A DNA stretch of 56,575 nucleotides, filler included, from Platydemus manokwari (taxonomy: Eukaryota), in NCBI GenBank assembly GCA_037951405.1. It is 4 parts of 4 records of this genome, joined end to end, with 100 filler letters (N's around TTAATTAATTAA, not from the genome) between each part and the next. Parts side by side here need not be neighbours in the genome. Positions count along the whole stretch, not along the records: positions 34,872 to 56,575 come from JBBMOY011322538.1; 3 more parts are not named here. One strand, written 5' to 3'. The stretch's first letter is position 1. Each line of letters opens with the position of its first letter. Both the position numbers and the translations under genes were made by a program. The notes beneath the pieces were generated by a model. That model searched no databases and had not been told where the DNA came from. It was given only the letters and a program-made list of their open reading frames with translations. Positions 38,078 to 50,369 of this stretch are shown piece after piece.

Positions 38078-39427
38078 TCACATAAATTCAGTGTTCTTCA
38101 TACAAGTATCTGAAAAATCACTACTAATATTTGGATATAAATGGAGTAAATTGCCATCTTTATCGGAACTGGTGTCACTAGAAGCGTATTCGGTCTGATA
38201 GATATCCCATAATTCTGACACCACACCAGTGGTTACGAGATCACCGCAATTAACGGACATCATCATGAGAATAAATGTTCCATCATGTCTCAAAAAATCT
38301 TGAATAAAATGATCCAATTGTTCTCTTTTACCTTTTTCATATACTTCTTGATTCTTTAAAAATGTCTTGACAAATTCAGCTCTCGATCCAAGCAATACCA
38401 TTTTCTTCATCCATTTTATTATACACAAAACGGTTAATACAACGACAATGTGCAACCAGAACCAAAGAAACATATAGACTTTTTCATTCAACATATTCTG
38501 AGGCAAAACGCATTGAGTTACATAGTTGTTCTCGACACCCAACAATCTGATATTGTCGATGGAACAATGTGTTACTCTTGGGAAAAGTCGAGATGTAGAC
38601 CATTGAATACCGCTGAAGATACTATCCAAGAACATGCGACTTGTTTTGAAAATATTATTCCCTTCGAAACCGAGAAATCTTTGTATCAAAATGATTTGAC
38701 CAATAGCATTGGCTAGAAACATAAATTTTATGACGAAATACCAATAAGTCATCCAATTTCCCAAACGTCGACTCATCATAAAGAAAGATCCGAATCCGAA
38801 GATTCTTCGTCTGAATTTTGCCCAAGTGTTGTCTCTATGGTCACGATGAAAATAAAAAACTCTTCCGAGGTTTTTTGCAATTGCATTGGCCTTTTTCTTT
38901 CGTGTTTCGACGTTATCGTTTGCACTTTGGATGGCATCAGAGAAAATAAGCTCTAAATTGATTCCCATTTTATTGTATGACATGACTTGCCAAAATAGTC
39001 TAGGCAAGTAAAACAGGATGCATTGTAGAGCAAGTACGAAAGGAACCCATTGATAATAATCTGAAACAATAAACAATTAATTTGGCAAAATTAAAAGTAA
39101 TTAAAATTAACTTATTCTTTTGATACCGTCGTCGAGATGTGCACTCTCATTAATTTCGGGGAATGGTTCACCGGGTAGTACAGGCACAGTACCAGCTACC
39201 CAACAGTAATTACGTAAATAACCATCGAAATTGGCGCCAGTAGGTAAAATAGCAGTGTAACAAGATAAAGGTTTAAATATATAGGTCTTGGATGTTACTA
39301 TAGCGCCACAGATCATAAAAATAATGACGGAGATTTGAAAACTGATCTTATCTCCTGTATCTTCGAGACCATTATAATCTGTGATCTTATACTTCTTGAT
39401 CAAGTCCAGCAATGTTTTGCCAATCAT
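38078..39427 (-). CDS. inx: Innexin (gap-junction protein), 432 aa; exons 39427-39112 and 39060-38078
   Basis: It contains LEDTGDKISFQ, KPLSC, NYCWV, the NYYQWVPFVL signature created by a 51-nt in-phase intron, FPRVTHC and QCVLPQNMLNEKVYMFLWFW. Confidence 0.97.
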
Positions 39428-40925
39428 TTAGCACGACAAAATCTTCAATAAATCGTGAATTAATTGATTAAAATTAAAACAAAATTGAAATGAATGAAAA
39501 TTATTTAAATGGCGGAACTAATAAAATAATTGTTGGTGGTGTGTGATCGTTACGTAACAAGCAGAAAATCGTTTATTGGATGCATAACACGTTATCAGAT
39601 ATTAATTAGCAAACCTGATATTTCAAACAATTCGATTATTCATACGAATTATCAAACATTTCATATTGTTTTGTTGAAACTATTAAACTTTTATTGGTTA
39701 TTACTTACAATAATCAAGTAGTTAATTTGAGTGATAGATTTTTTCGAAAATTTATAGAAAATATATTCAAATGTTTTTTTTATTATTTTAGAAAAATAGA
39801 AAGAAATAGTTTTATAATTTTGTTTTATAATTTACCGAAAATTATCACCCATGAAATTGAAAAGCTTTATTTAATTAATATTTATAAAAACTTTTTCAAA
39901 TTTAAATTTAATAATTTAAAATTTTTCGGGGCAAATGTTGTATAAAAATATAATTTTCATTTATTTATCTTCATCATTAAATCTGATTTTGTTTAAATAT
40001 TTCAATTTCAATGTTTGTGCTGACGTCAGATATCAATAAAGAATTTTGAATTGAAGATAATGCATTGATTTATAAGATTAGAACTGTTAACCATAAACCA
40101 TAAATAATATAAAAACGATAAATTAAAAACTAAAACATGAATCACTGTTCTTTGATTGTTAAGGGATAGTTTATTCGTGTACTAAGGTAGTTTTGGAATT
40201 ATTAAGAATGAAAATGGATATAAGTTATTTCAATCATTATCATTTAACGCGATTCTTACACATTTTATCCACATTTTAAGCGGGAATGAAAGAAATATAA
40301 ATATGTTAAGTATGAATCTCCTGAACACTCAACCGGTTGTTATGCTCCATTTAAGAGAGCAACTGTGAATGCGCCTAAAATTATATTTTATGTACATAAT
40401 AATAATAATAACATTAGATATCCTATGCTCCATGAACTCGTGAAAATATTAAAAAATCGATTCTTTCCTCTGCCAATTTGTAGAAATCGCAACATCAACT
40501 GATTTGGTTTTACTTTTATGCTCACATTTTACAAAATGTTGTGTGCGTGTCTAGTTATGTTTATCACAGTTATCATTACAAGGTGCCATTCAACAAACAC
40601 ACCTCTATTGCTCCTACATCAAATTCATGTTCTCAAATGAAGTCCTGTCAACTTCACGTGTATTAAGCAATTTTTAAGAGTATTTCGCAAGCCAAGATTT
40701 TACTTTTGGATTCTGGTTTTCGAACTTTCAATAATTATTGATTTTCTGCCGTTATTTCAGGTTTTCCATTTTATTTTCTCTTCAAATTCTTTTAGCATGT
40801 ATTAATTTTATTGGCTGAATATGCCAACATGTATATTTGCCTTACCTTATTGGTGCTATAATATATTTGGTGCCGTCATCATAGATACAACATGTACATG
40901 TCGGAATTACAGCCTTACATACGGA

Positions 40926-40965
<40 letters not shown>

Positions 40966-41526
40966 TGCTAATAATACATCATGTTGATATTTGTGTCCTC
41001 TGTAATATCCTGGATTAAACTTGCCATCTTATCCGTTGGAATCACTGATTCATGGCGAGATTGGTTACTGAATTTGGTGTACGAATATTTAAAAAATACA
41101 TTTCTCACCATTTGTAATTATCGATTTATATCCTCCAAAAATATCACATTTTCCCAGCATTTTATCATTTATTTTTCCTTTAATCGATAGTCTATGAAAT
41201 TATATTTGCATCTATTATTTCTTGCTTTATTCAATATTTTTTGATGTTCCCTTAGCATTATCATTGATTAGATGATGGATAGATGTTATAATCGTTATCG
41301 ATTATGTTGGTAATGACATGAGTACCTGATAAATAAATTGAATAAAAAATCCATTTCAAGTTATCTGAGAAAATAAACAATTAATACTGGAGTGAAGAAT
41401 AATCGATATTATTGGCTGATAAAATTACTCTATTGTTTAATAAATAGCCTGCTTAAATAGCCCGTGTTATCATATATTCAATATCGAGGGATCATAAATC
41501 ACCCTCTTTACTCACAGAATGAATCA

Positions 41527-41558
<32 letters not shown>

Positions 41559-41939
41559 GGCTTTGCCATTGGTTTTCTGATAACACAAACATTAAAATCA
41601 ATATTCTACTATTGATAAATCATTTCTATAATCAAAACAAGTCAATTCAAAACATTTTTTTCACAATTTGACGATTGCAAATCGTGTTCGATAGCTTGAG
41701 CAATCAACACGTTTTGGCAACAACATTATGCAGTTGATAATCTGCCTGATTGAGTCAACCTTTAGCATCGAAACATGCCAACCGATAAAGCAAACTTCTC
41801 GGTACACACTCACACACTCGAACACACTTGCTGTAATTATGATTAGCACACACACTGGCATTGTTATTTTTATCAACAAAATTATTGACCGCATTTTGAT
41901 AGTTCTACCAATATTTTTATTTATTGATTTTCTTCATTA

Positions 41940-43695
41940 ATGGCATCATCAATTCTGCCAAATTTATCCGATATTCGAGCGGATAACGTCCTGACAAGAA
42001 ATCAAGAGTAAGATTTTCTATTTTATCAATACATTTTTGTATAATTCGTGATCATTTTCAATGAGAACTGACATGAAGAATCAGTTGCTGACCATATTCA
42101 CCCAAAGTATAAATTGTTATCCACCTTCCGTTTAGATACAAAACCGAGTTATGTTCTCACTGTAATGATCCATTCAAGGATGGTGAAAACAAAATCATCT
42201 TTAATGCCACTCAATACCATAAGAGATGCTTCGTGTAAGTTAAGGAATATAGATAAATATGATTGGTCCAATACAAATTAATATATTATCAGATGTGCTC
42301 AATGTTTGGAAGAGCTTGAAGTGGATTTGGTGTTCCAAGTAATGGATTGTGGAGATTATATTGTTTATTTAAATTTGGATATTGGTATTTATTTAGAATG
42401 AAGACCGCATGTATTGTCTCCATGATTATAAAATTCTCTTTGCACCAAGTTGCCATAGCTGCAGTAAGTGTTGTGGATACCATTTTATTCTGCATATTTT
42501 TCTTGAGATTTTCATAATAGGATATTTTCTCCAATTTGTTCTGTTTTTTCTGGTCTCTCTCAGATATCGTAGACTGAACTACTATTGGCATTTTAAATTG
42601 CAAAGATATCGATTTAATGATTTTCTTATTTTTGAAATATTTTCCCACACTTGATTCATGAAATATCTGCAATGATGGAGCATTGATAGATTCTTTATTC
42701 TTCACAAAAATCACTACGATTTATCGATTTTTGATAACACAAATTCAATGAAGAAACGTGCTATCATTTGTTTTAGATAGATTCATCCTCGAAGGAAGGG
42801 TTATCAAGGCTATTGATCACAGCTGGCATGCATCTTGTTTCGTTTGTTTTGTATGCAGTGAACCCCTCTCTAATAGCTCCACCTTCAAGAAATACGAAAA
42901 CAGGTAATCTATTGGTCAGTTATCAAATATCAATTTACCAAACAATTGTTCCAATTTCAGTCCACATTGTCAAAACTGCTACGATAAAATTAAAAGCCGC
43001 TTGCCGGGGTTTCACACCTGTCACAAGTGTCGATCGATTATCGAATCAGGTAATTATTTGAAATACGATGGTGAATTCTATCATCCATATCATTTCAAAT
43101 GCAAAACCTGTCAACACGAGTTGGATAAAAATTTCAAAGTTAAAGAAGGCGATTTCTTTTGTTTGCGATGCTTTGACAAAATGGGAATTCCAATATGTGC
43201 CGTTTGCAAGTGAGTTGATATTGGAAGGAGAAATTTCGTTTTTTATAAATAATCTCAGACGTCCAGTGGAAGAAAGAATTGTTTATGCTTTGGGCAAGGC
43301 ATATCATGTGGAACATTTTGTGTGTAGCTTTTGCAACAAGCCATTTTTGGGCACTCGATATTTCGTGGACAAGAAAGAGGTGTATTGTGAATTACATTAT
43401 CAAATGAAAATGGCACAGTTTTGTGAGTATTGTCACAAAGATGTCGGTAAAGAATCGGTGGAGTTTCTGAAGAAGTCGTATTGTGTAGAACACTTTCGAT
43501 GTTTTGCTTGTGATACATTACTCGATGACAGGTGAATGACAAATAGGTTTTGGGAAATTATTTTTACAGTCGATTAAGTTGTTTAGGTCCAAGATTTACA
43601 AAGTTGATCGAAAACCGATATGCAAAACATGTCTTCAAAAGCTACCAATGCATTTTAGGAAAAGGATTGCAGGTCTGCATAAATCTGAACAATAA
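41940..43695 (+). CDS. LIMS1: PINCH/LIMS/UNC-97-like five-LIM adaptor. Exons 41940-42007, 42136-42234, 42293-42338, 42397-42463, 42777-42903, 42961-43209, 43259-43531, 43587-43695
   Basis: The spliced product has five LIM domains collinear with PINCH: CSHC...YHKRCFVCAQC...YCLHDYKILFAPSCHSC..GRVIKAIDHSWH...YHPYHFKC...[36 protein letters not shown]...KPICKTCLQKLPMHFRKRI. All introns are GT-AG and in phase. The first exon is the least certain. Confidence 0.93.
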
Positions 43696-46298
43696 GTTGT
43701 GGAAAACACGACGTGTAAACAATTTATTTCCCCAATTTTATCACTGAATTGTCACTGAATTGTCACAGAATCGCATCGTATTACAGTAAGGCTTGTGCTC
43801 CAATATAATTTTGTTGCCATTAGTATCATTAAATAGCATCGTATAACTGTTGAATGAAGTGGGTCATATTTTCATTGAATTGAAGATTTGATGTGAAAAT
43901 CTGGCCTAACAATTATGATAGACATTTACGTCTCATTTAATTCTAAATTCAGCACATACTTGGTGCGATTAAATAAATCGAATCACTTATTTTCGGGAAA
44001 GATTAACTATAACACCTTCAACTAGTTGAGATAATCATTTCCATGGTATCTGGTATCTTCAACATTTCCATTCATTCTTATAAGTTCAAATCAATATTTA
44101 TCACTCAAATCATATATGTTTCAGTATTAATGGATAAAGAAATATTTACAAGCAACACAATCTTTCATCAATTATTTCGTCACATCAATCTTGACAATTT
44201 CACATAAATTTATTTAATTAAGCGGGTGCGAGGTTATTTCAGGGATGAAATATAATTATTTCGATGCTTGAATTATCGTTATTTATAGAATCTCATATGA
44301 GGTTAGTGAGGTTAATACATAATCACACGAGGCTAAGATATAATCAATAATCACACATTTTCATTTATAAGTCTCAAAATGATTTCTATTTTTATCACCA
44401 TCGCTTCACAAATTATTTTTTGACATTTTTTAGTGAAAACTTTCTTTCAATTGATCATTAATAAATTTGTGTTAAGTTTTTTAACCGGAATTCGATCTGA
44501 AATACACAGATTTATAGGTTGATGATATTAAGCCATTTGGTATATTTGTTTCCTGAAAATAGTAATCGCTTCACTAATTCTCTTTCTTACTTTTTGTTTT
44601 GAATTCATTAAAATGATTTTTGTTTTAATTACAACTCAAATTTTTTTTTAATAAACCCATTATTATAAAATCTTCCTAAAATCTCCTCGTCCTGTAAATC
44701 AATTTATATACAGCTTGTGGTCTGTGGTTCACAAATTTCTTGAATAATAAAAATCTCTTTTGTAAATTTTGTTGTTAGATCATTTTCAATCTTATATTTA
44801 TATTTTAATATTCTGTGGAGTCCCCATTAAAAGATGAAAATAACTAATAAGATAATAAATAAAATAAAAAGTTTCAAACATATAACAACAACCTTTTGTC
44901 AGGATTCAGTCTTTCCTATTTGGGCTTTGCTCCTATGAATCATCCAGATATTTCGAGACAAACAACTTAAAAATGAAAATCAGAAAATCTTTATCTCTTC
45001 CAATGAGAGGCTTGGTTTTCTAGAAAAGTAGAACAAAGCTGCAGAGATCGAATATTAATGGATTTGTTACTTATACAGATTCAATTAGGGCAAGAACAGT
45101 TATACTATATAAACAAAGTGCTACGAGACATAAAAGTACAATATTTAGAAAGGGAAAAGATAAGTATATTGTTGTAGTTCCCACAAGGCCGGATTCCACG
45201 ATCCTCTGTTTGTTGCATTTTGGGGTCACTCTCTTTCATTACTTTATTATTTGTTTGTTTTAATTGATCGATTCTACGTCTAATCAGTGCTCTGAGTCCG
45301 TTCTTGACCTTCAAGTAGCAGTGAAACTTTATGATTTTTATTATTTGTTTGCCTCGACGATCACTTCTTATATGACGATAAGTGGATCGGCGTAGAAATA
45401 GATTTTTGTATTTTAACTTTATCTTTCTGATCTTAATACTACTTTTTCTCACTCAGTCCTCACTCATTTTATCAGTCTCTATTTTATTCTCTCAATAAAA
45501 TTATTCCCAAATAAGTGATGAATGATACTGATATTCACTATATAAATTTATGATACCTTATATCTAATAACAATTCAACAAGTCAACTAGTTTTTGGTTA
45601 TGAATTTTTATTGTGATTACAATTATACGACAAGTACTACTTTTATACAATTATGGGCTATAAATTACTACTTTTACTATGCAATTATTACAATGAATAC
45701 AATACAAAATGGGTTTTAATGCTACTTATATACACTCAAACGCTGGACTAATTCGATGTGCAAATTCAATGGAAGCAGATGTTACAGTTACCCTTCGTGC
45801 TATTGGGTCAGTGTCCGTTTATTCAGAGGTTTTTCCGAGCTCGGCTCGATAAATAGGAAGAATATGCTAGATAAATAAGGTTATATTGATTTCACAGTAA
45901 CTATTCTTACGTGATCTCGTCTTCGAATAGATAGTATTATTAAATACTCTTCCTATAATATTATAGGGCATATGCTGGAAAAACGGCTGCAGAGAGATTG
46001 ACGGCTTTGATGGCGATAATTAACTTCGAGTCTTCTTAAGACACTATTCTAGTGGTTTCAGGAATATTAAAGGGCAAAGGCGTATGATGTTTTACTGCCT
46101 TATATATGTTTTGGTGAACAATAGGATTTTATTCGGGCAGAATAAAATATGCGGGTGGCTTTTATTCTTTATTGTGACGAATTCTCACAATTCAAAAGAA
46201 TTATCTCTCTGCCTTAGTTGCCATGCGGGTTTTTATTGTTGGGTATTATTTAAATATACGGGTAATTTTCGGAAAATTAGGGGTTTTAAAAGTTAGAT

Positions 46299-46553
46299 TT
46301 TTTAGTCGTTAAGCAGAAAATGAAAATAATTTATTCTAAATTTTATCAATTTATTCTAAATTTTAACCAGAAATTAATCTGAGTTTTTTATCCTAAATTA
46401 TTATCATATTAAAATATGATAAAAGAATTAACTACAATTATTATCATTAACCAAAATAATATTTTAATTTATGATAAAGATTTTTTAATTATTTCCTATT
46501 TCAATTCTAACTAAATATTGTTATTATTAATACCATTGTTTAACGACTAAAAA
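46299..46553. mobile_element. MITE-like element, 255 bp, with 17-bp TIRs
   Basis: TTTTTAGTCGTTAAGCA and TGTTTAACGACTAAAAA match at 16 of 17 positions as an inverted repeat around an AT-rich non-coding core. Confidence 0.6.
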
Positions 46554-49115
46554 CTCCGAATTACTTTGTTAAGGGTTTAAAATTCATTAACTATTCTGTT
46601 TCAGGAAATAAACGACAAGATAAAAAAATAAGATTAGATTTGCACATCGGAATTATTTTTACAAAAATAATAAAAAGTACTACTCTTATACACCAATATC
46701 ATAAGCATGCAATAAATGTTCATTGGCATTTTGTCGGAACCCCAACACAATTGAAATTAAAATCTTAGTTTTATCAATTTGTTAAGTGGCTATTGATCAA
46801 TTACCAAATACTATACAATCTTTCATAAAAGACTTTAATTAACAAATTATCCAACCATACATTAAACACTATTCAATGTATTCACGCTATTTATTTAACT
46901 CACATATTTAAACAAAGAACAAATATAGTACTCGGTAATCAGTGGTCGTTTTCATCTTTATCAAAAATATATGATTTAAAGTACAACGATATAATCATAT
47001 TAATGTAATTTAAATTCTTTTATTCGATAGTTTTTTCTGCAAAATGTATTCATTTATTTTCACAAAAAATTAGTTATATAATTTAAACAAATTGTTTACA
47101 ATTACAATAACTAAATTATGCCATTTCTATAGATGCACTAAAAATTCACAATCACTGAGTTCGAAGTTAATTTTAATTTTCTTTTAGAACGACATGGGTA
47201 TTTATACTCATTTCAAGAGATATTTTGTTTCGCCTATTTGTTTTATTTTGTAACCAAAATCGACATTTAGAATTGGAAAATTATTATTTTCATTACTCAT
47301 TATCTAACAGAATTTTTTCTGATATTTTCATATTTATTATTATTCATTGTATTTGCAGCGTACATTTTTTTTTTAATTTTTCAGTTTTTATTACCATATT
47401 ATTCAATCCCTCTTAACATTTTAATTAAACAGAGTTGATTTACAATCTCTAAATAATTCAAATTCAATCCTAATCAAACAAATCCAAATATTAAGTTTTG
47501 TATCCACTTTTTAATCTATTAAATTTGTCAGACCAATTTATATCAACTCACACTCAGCCAATGCCAACTGCACTATCAACACCAATACAAAGAGCAAGTT
47601 TATGTTTATCGTTATTAACCAGATAACACGTACCAGGGTAACAATAAGAATTTAATTCTTATGCCAAAATTTTACGGAATCTTAGTAATCTATTTAAAAT
47701 CAATTTCTTTCTTGACCTAGTTTTTTAACAAATTAAGTACTATTAGTTCCAACCATTGATAATACGGACTCCTTCGTGGACTGTCGGCTGCATAAGTGTA
47801 ACTATATTAGGCATTCATTAATCTTTCCCATTTGTAATGCAGCGTATATTTAATAAAAAAAATTATTATTGTGATTTTATATTAGCATTTATTAGACAAC
47901 ATTTTAACTTATTTAGGGATCGATAATTGACAAAATTTATTAATTTATTATCAATTTCAGCTGCACAGAGAAATTTAACTGCTGTTATTATGATTGTTCA
48001 TCATCAGGTCTATCTATCGATTTATGAAGTAAAAATATTATAAGTAGGAAATTCATAAATATTTTAAATAGATTGACCTAAAAAATAAGCAAAATAAACG
48101 TAAATGGAAAATATAACAAGATAATAAATAATAATGGGCAGAAATTAATAATAAATGCTACAAATAAAATAAAATGACCAAAATAAATGACATTTAAAAC
48201 AAAATCAAGTAATAATTGTTAAGGTTAAAATTAATTAAATGGTGGAACTTTAAAATTAATTCAAATTTGAAAATAATAATTTTCAACTATTACCAATACT
48301 CGGAACAAATAAAAAGTATGTTTATACGGTAATAAGTCTGAACAACAGGATGTACACAGAAAAAAAGTGGATTCTGATCTGAAACTTGACATTATCCAGG
48401 ACTTGTGTCCGTGTAATATTGAAATTTTATGTATAGTGCAACTAAAATATATCTTAATAAGAAAGACGCATTTGTTTTTATCTAGTTTAAATTAGGAGTC
48501 AGATTAAGTGTTTGGAGTCGAATCGTTAAGTTAGAGCAGTTCTGAACTTAACAAATATCTCACAAAACTTTATACGAATAATTCAAAGTAGTTTGATTTC
48601 CTTATTGGATTAACATTAGGTTAATATTAATATTGCAGACAATTCAAAAGATAAAATTACGAAGTAATGAAAAACATGCACTGAAATGCTAGACAACGCC
48701 ATCGAAAATAAATACTTGAAAGTGCCTGTAAAAATTATATTTTATGTAATATTATTATTACATCACTGGTATTCATTAATATTTTAATCATATTCCTAGC
48801 CTATTTTCGATTAAAAACCTGTAACCGTTCAAAAATCGAATTCTTGTAAATTCTTTCAAGAATTATTTATCTTTGTGAGAACTTAAACCAGGAAGTCTTT
48901 TTTGAAATATCAGTAATATTAATAATTCTTTGAAAGTAGATTTCAAAATACTTTTGTTAAAATCTTTGTTTAAAAGAGAAGATGCTTTCGCAAGCTTTTA
49001 AATATATTCGTATTTCATGTATTTTTCAGACTCCTAAATGTACTCAAATATTTTACTCTTCATTAGTTAGTTAAATTTGTAAAGAATTTTAAATCTTACT
49101 AATTTAAAATTTTAG

Positions 49116-49769
49116 CCACCATCTAATGCTTATCAGGAAACTGTATCAAAATTACTAATTCAAGATAAATCAAAAATTTATTTTTCTCCAAATTCTCTCA
49201 TTTTAGAAAACTTTCACAATTTGAAATGGTCAACAATATATTGGTTTCCTCCACAGATGTTTATTCAAATCATGTCGCGCTTAAAAGTAAGAATTGTGCT
49301 TGCTGCAGTACTTGGGGCCCCATTAGTAATGGACCATTCGAACTTCTTTTCAACCTTAGCAATTTGTACTGGTTGTTTAACAGTTCTCAGTATCTACAGT
49401 GCAATTGTAACGAAAATAATTGGAAATGTAATTGAATTCTACTATGTAATTTTTCCTTAGATATTTTTAATCAGATTTCTGTGTGTGAAAATGAGCAATA
49501 TCTTAAAATTGCCCATTTAGATTTTTGGGGAAGAAAGGTTAATACCGTTCTAAGCTGTGAAGAAATAATCCCATTATCTGACACTGGTGAGAATCGTGGT
49601 TCGAATTTGTTTTCCATAGTTAATAGATACAATCCATCAAACAGTTTAGATTTATTCATTATGTTTTTGAGATTTGGTAAATTCGAGGATAAAGAAAAGT
49701 TTAATAAATTGATTATTTCGTGCGTCGAATTTTCATTTTTTATATTGTATTTTACTTAGTTTAAAATGA
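49116..49769 (+). CDS. TMEM186: TMEM186-like mitochondrial membrane protein (TMEM70/186/223 family). Exons 49116-49427 and 49475-49719, possibly 49760-49769; the 5' end is not resolved
   Basis: It reads WSTIYWFP..IQIMSRLKV, two hydrophobic segments, then KIIGN|ISVCENEQYLKIAHLDFWGRK...IIPLSDT...LRFGKFEDKEKF, matching the TMEM186 LRVAHLNFWG...VIPL...LRYG.I.D..RF pattern. Confidence 0.85.
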
Positions 49770-50369
49770 AATATTTATCATATTTCCTTCAAATGTTTGG
49801 AGATTTAATATGGAATTTTTCTGGCAATTCTCGGCTTCAAAATTTCAGATTTGATTATTTATTTAGAGTATAAAATTATGCCCGCAAGTGATAAATATGA
49901 AGTCTACTTACCACAGTTTCAAGCAAAGATATTTTCAAGTCAAGATATTTTTTACTGAATTGAAAGATCCAATTGCGTTTGACATGGATCGATTTACATA
50001 AAAAACTGGGTTCCTGGTATTACCTATTAGAGAACTGAGGTTAAAATCAGGAATCGATAGATTACTAAAGAGTTTTAACCTTTTAATTTAAACTAACTCA
50101 ACCCAATTCCTAAAGCAAATTAGCTGATTTCATGACAAGCACTCCTCCAAAATGACAATTAAAAGATTCATAAAATATTTGAATTCGAAACCTTTTTTAC
50201 TAAAATTAGATTTGCTAATTTGAAATTCATTTTAAAATACGTTGTTTGGCATCTTGGAACCCTTGTTTTGACATTTTACACGTGTAAGTGTCTATACAAC
50301 CATATCGGCATAGCAATCAGTCAGTGAGAGAAAACAAATTGAAAATTCCAATTCAAAAAAAGGCATAAT

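Noticed and set aside
43741-43772. Three tandem 11-mers (GTCACTGAATT) in the PINCH 3' region
   Set aside because: This is a short local duplication without spacers, not a CRISPR-like or satellite array.
45065-45572. TGTTA...TAACA-bounded LTR-like segment containing ORF 45105-45452
   Set aside because: There is no clean target-site duplication or second copy in the window, and the ORF has no recognisable motifs.
47720-47800. Minus-strand SPYYQWLELIVL (innexin-like YYQW) and overlapping RIING (trypsin-like)
   Set aside because: Both frames are closed by nearby stops and no other family motifs are present, so they are probably chance matches.
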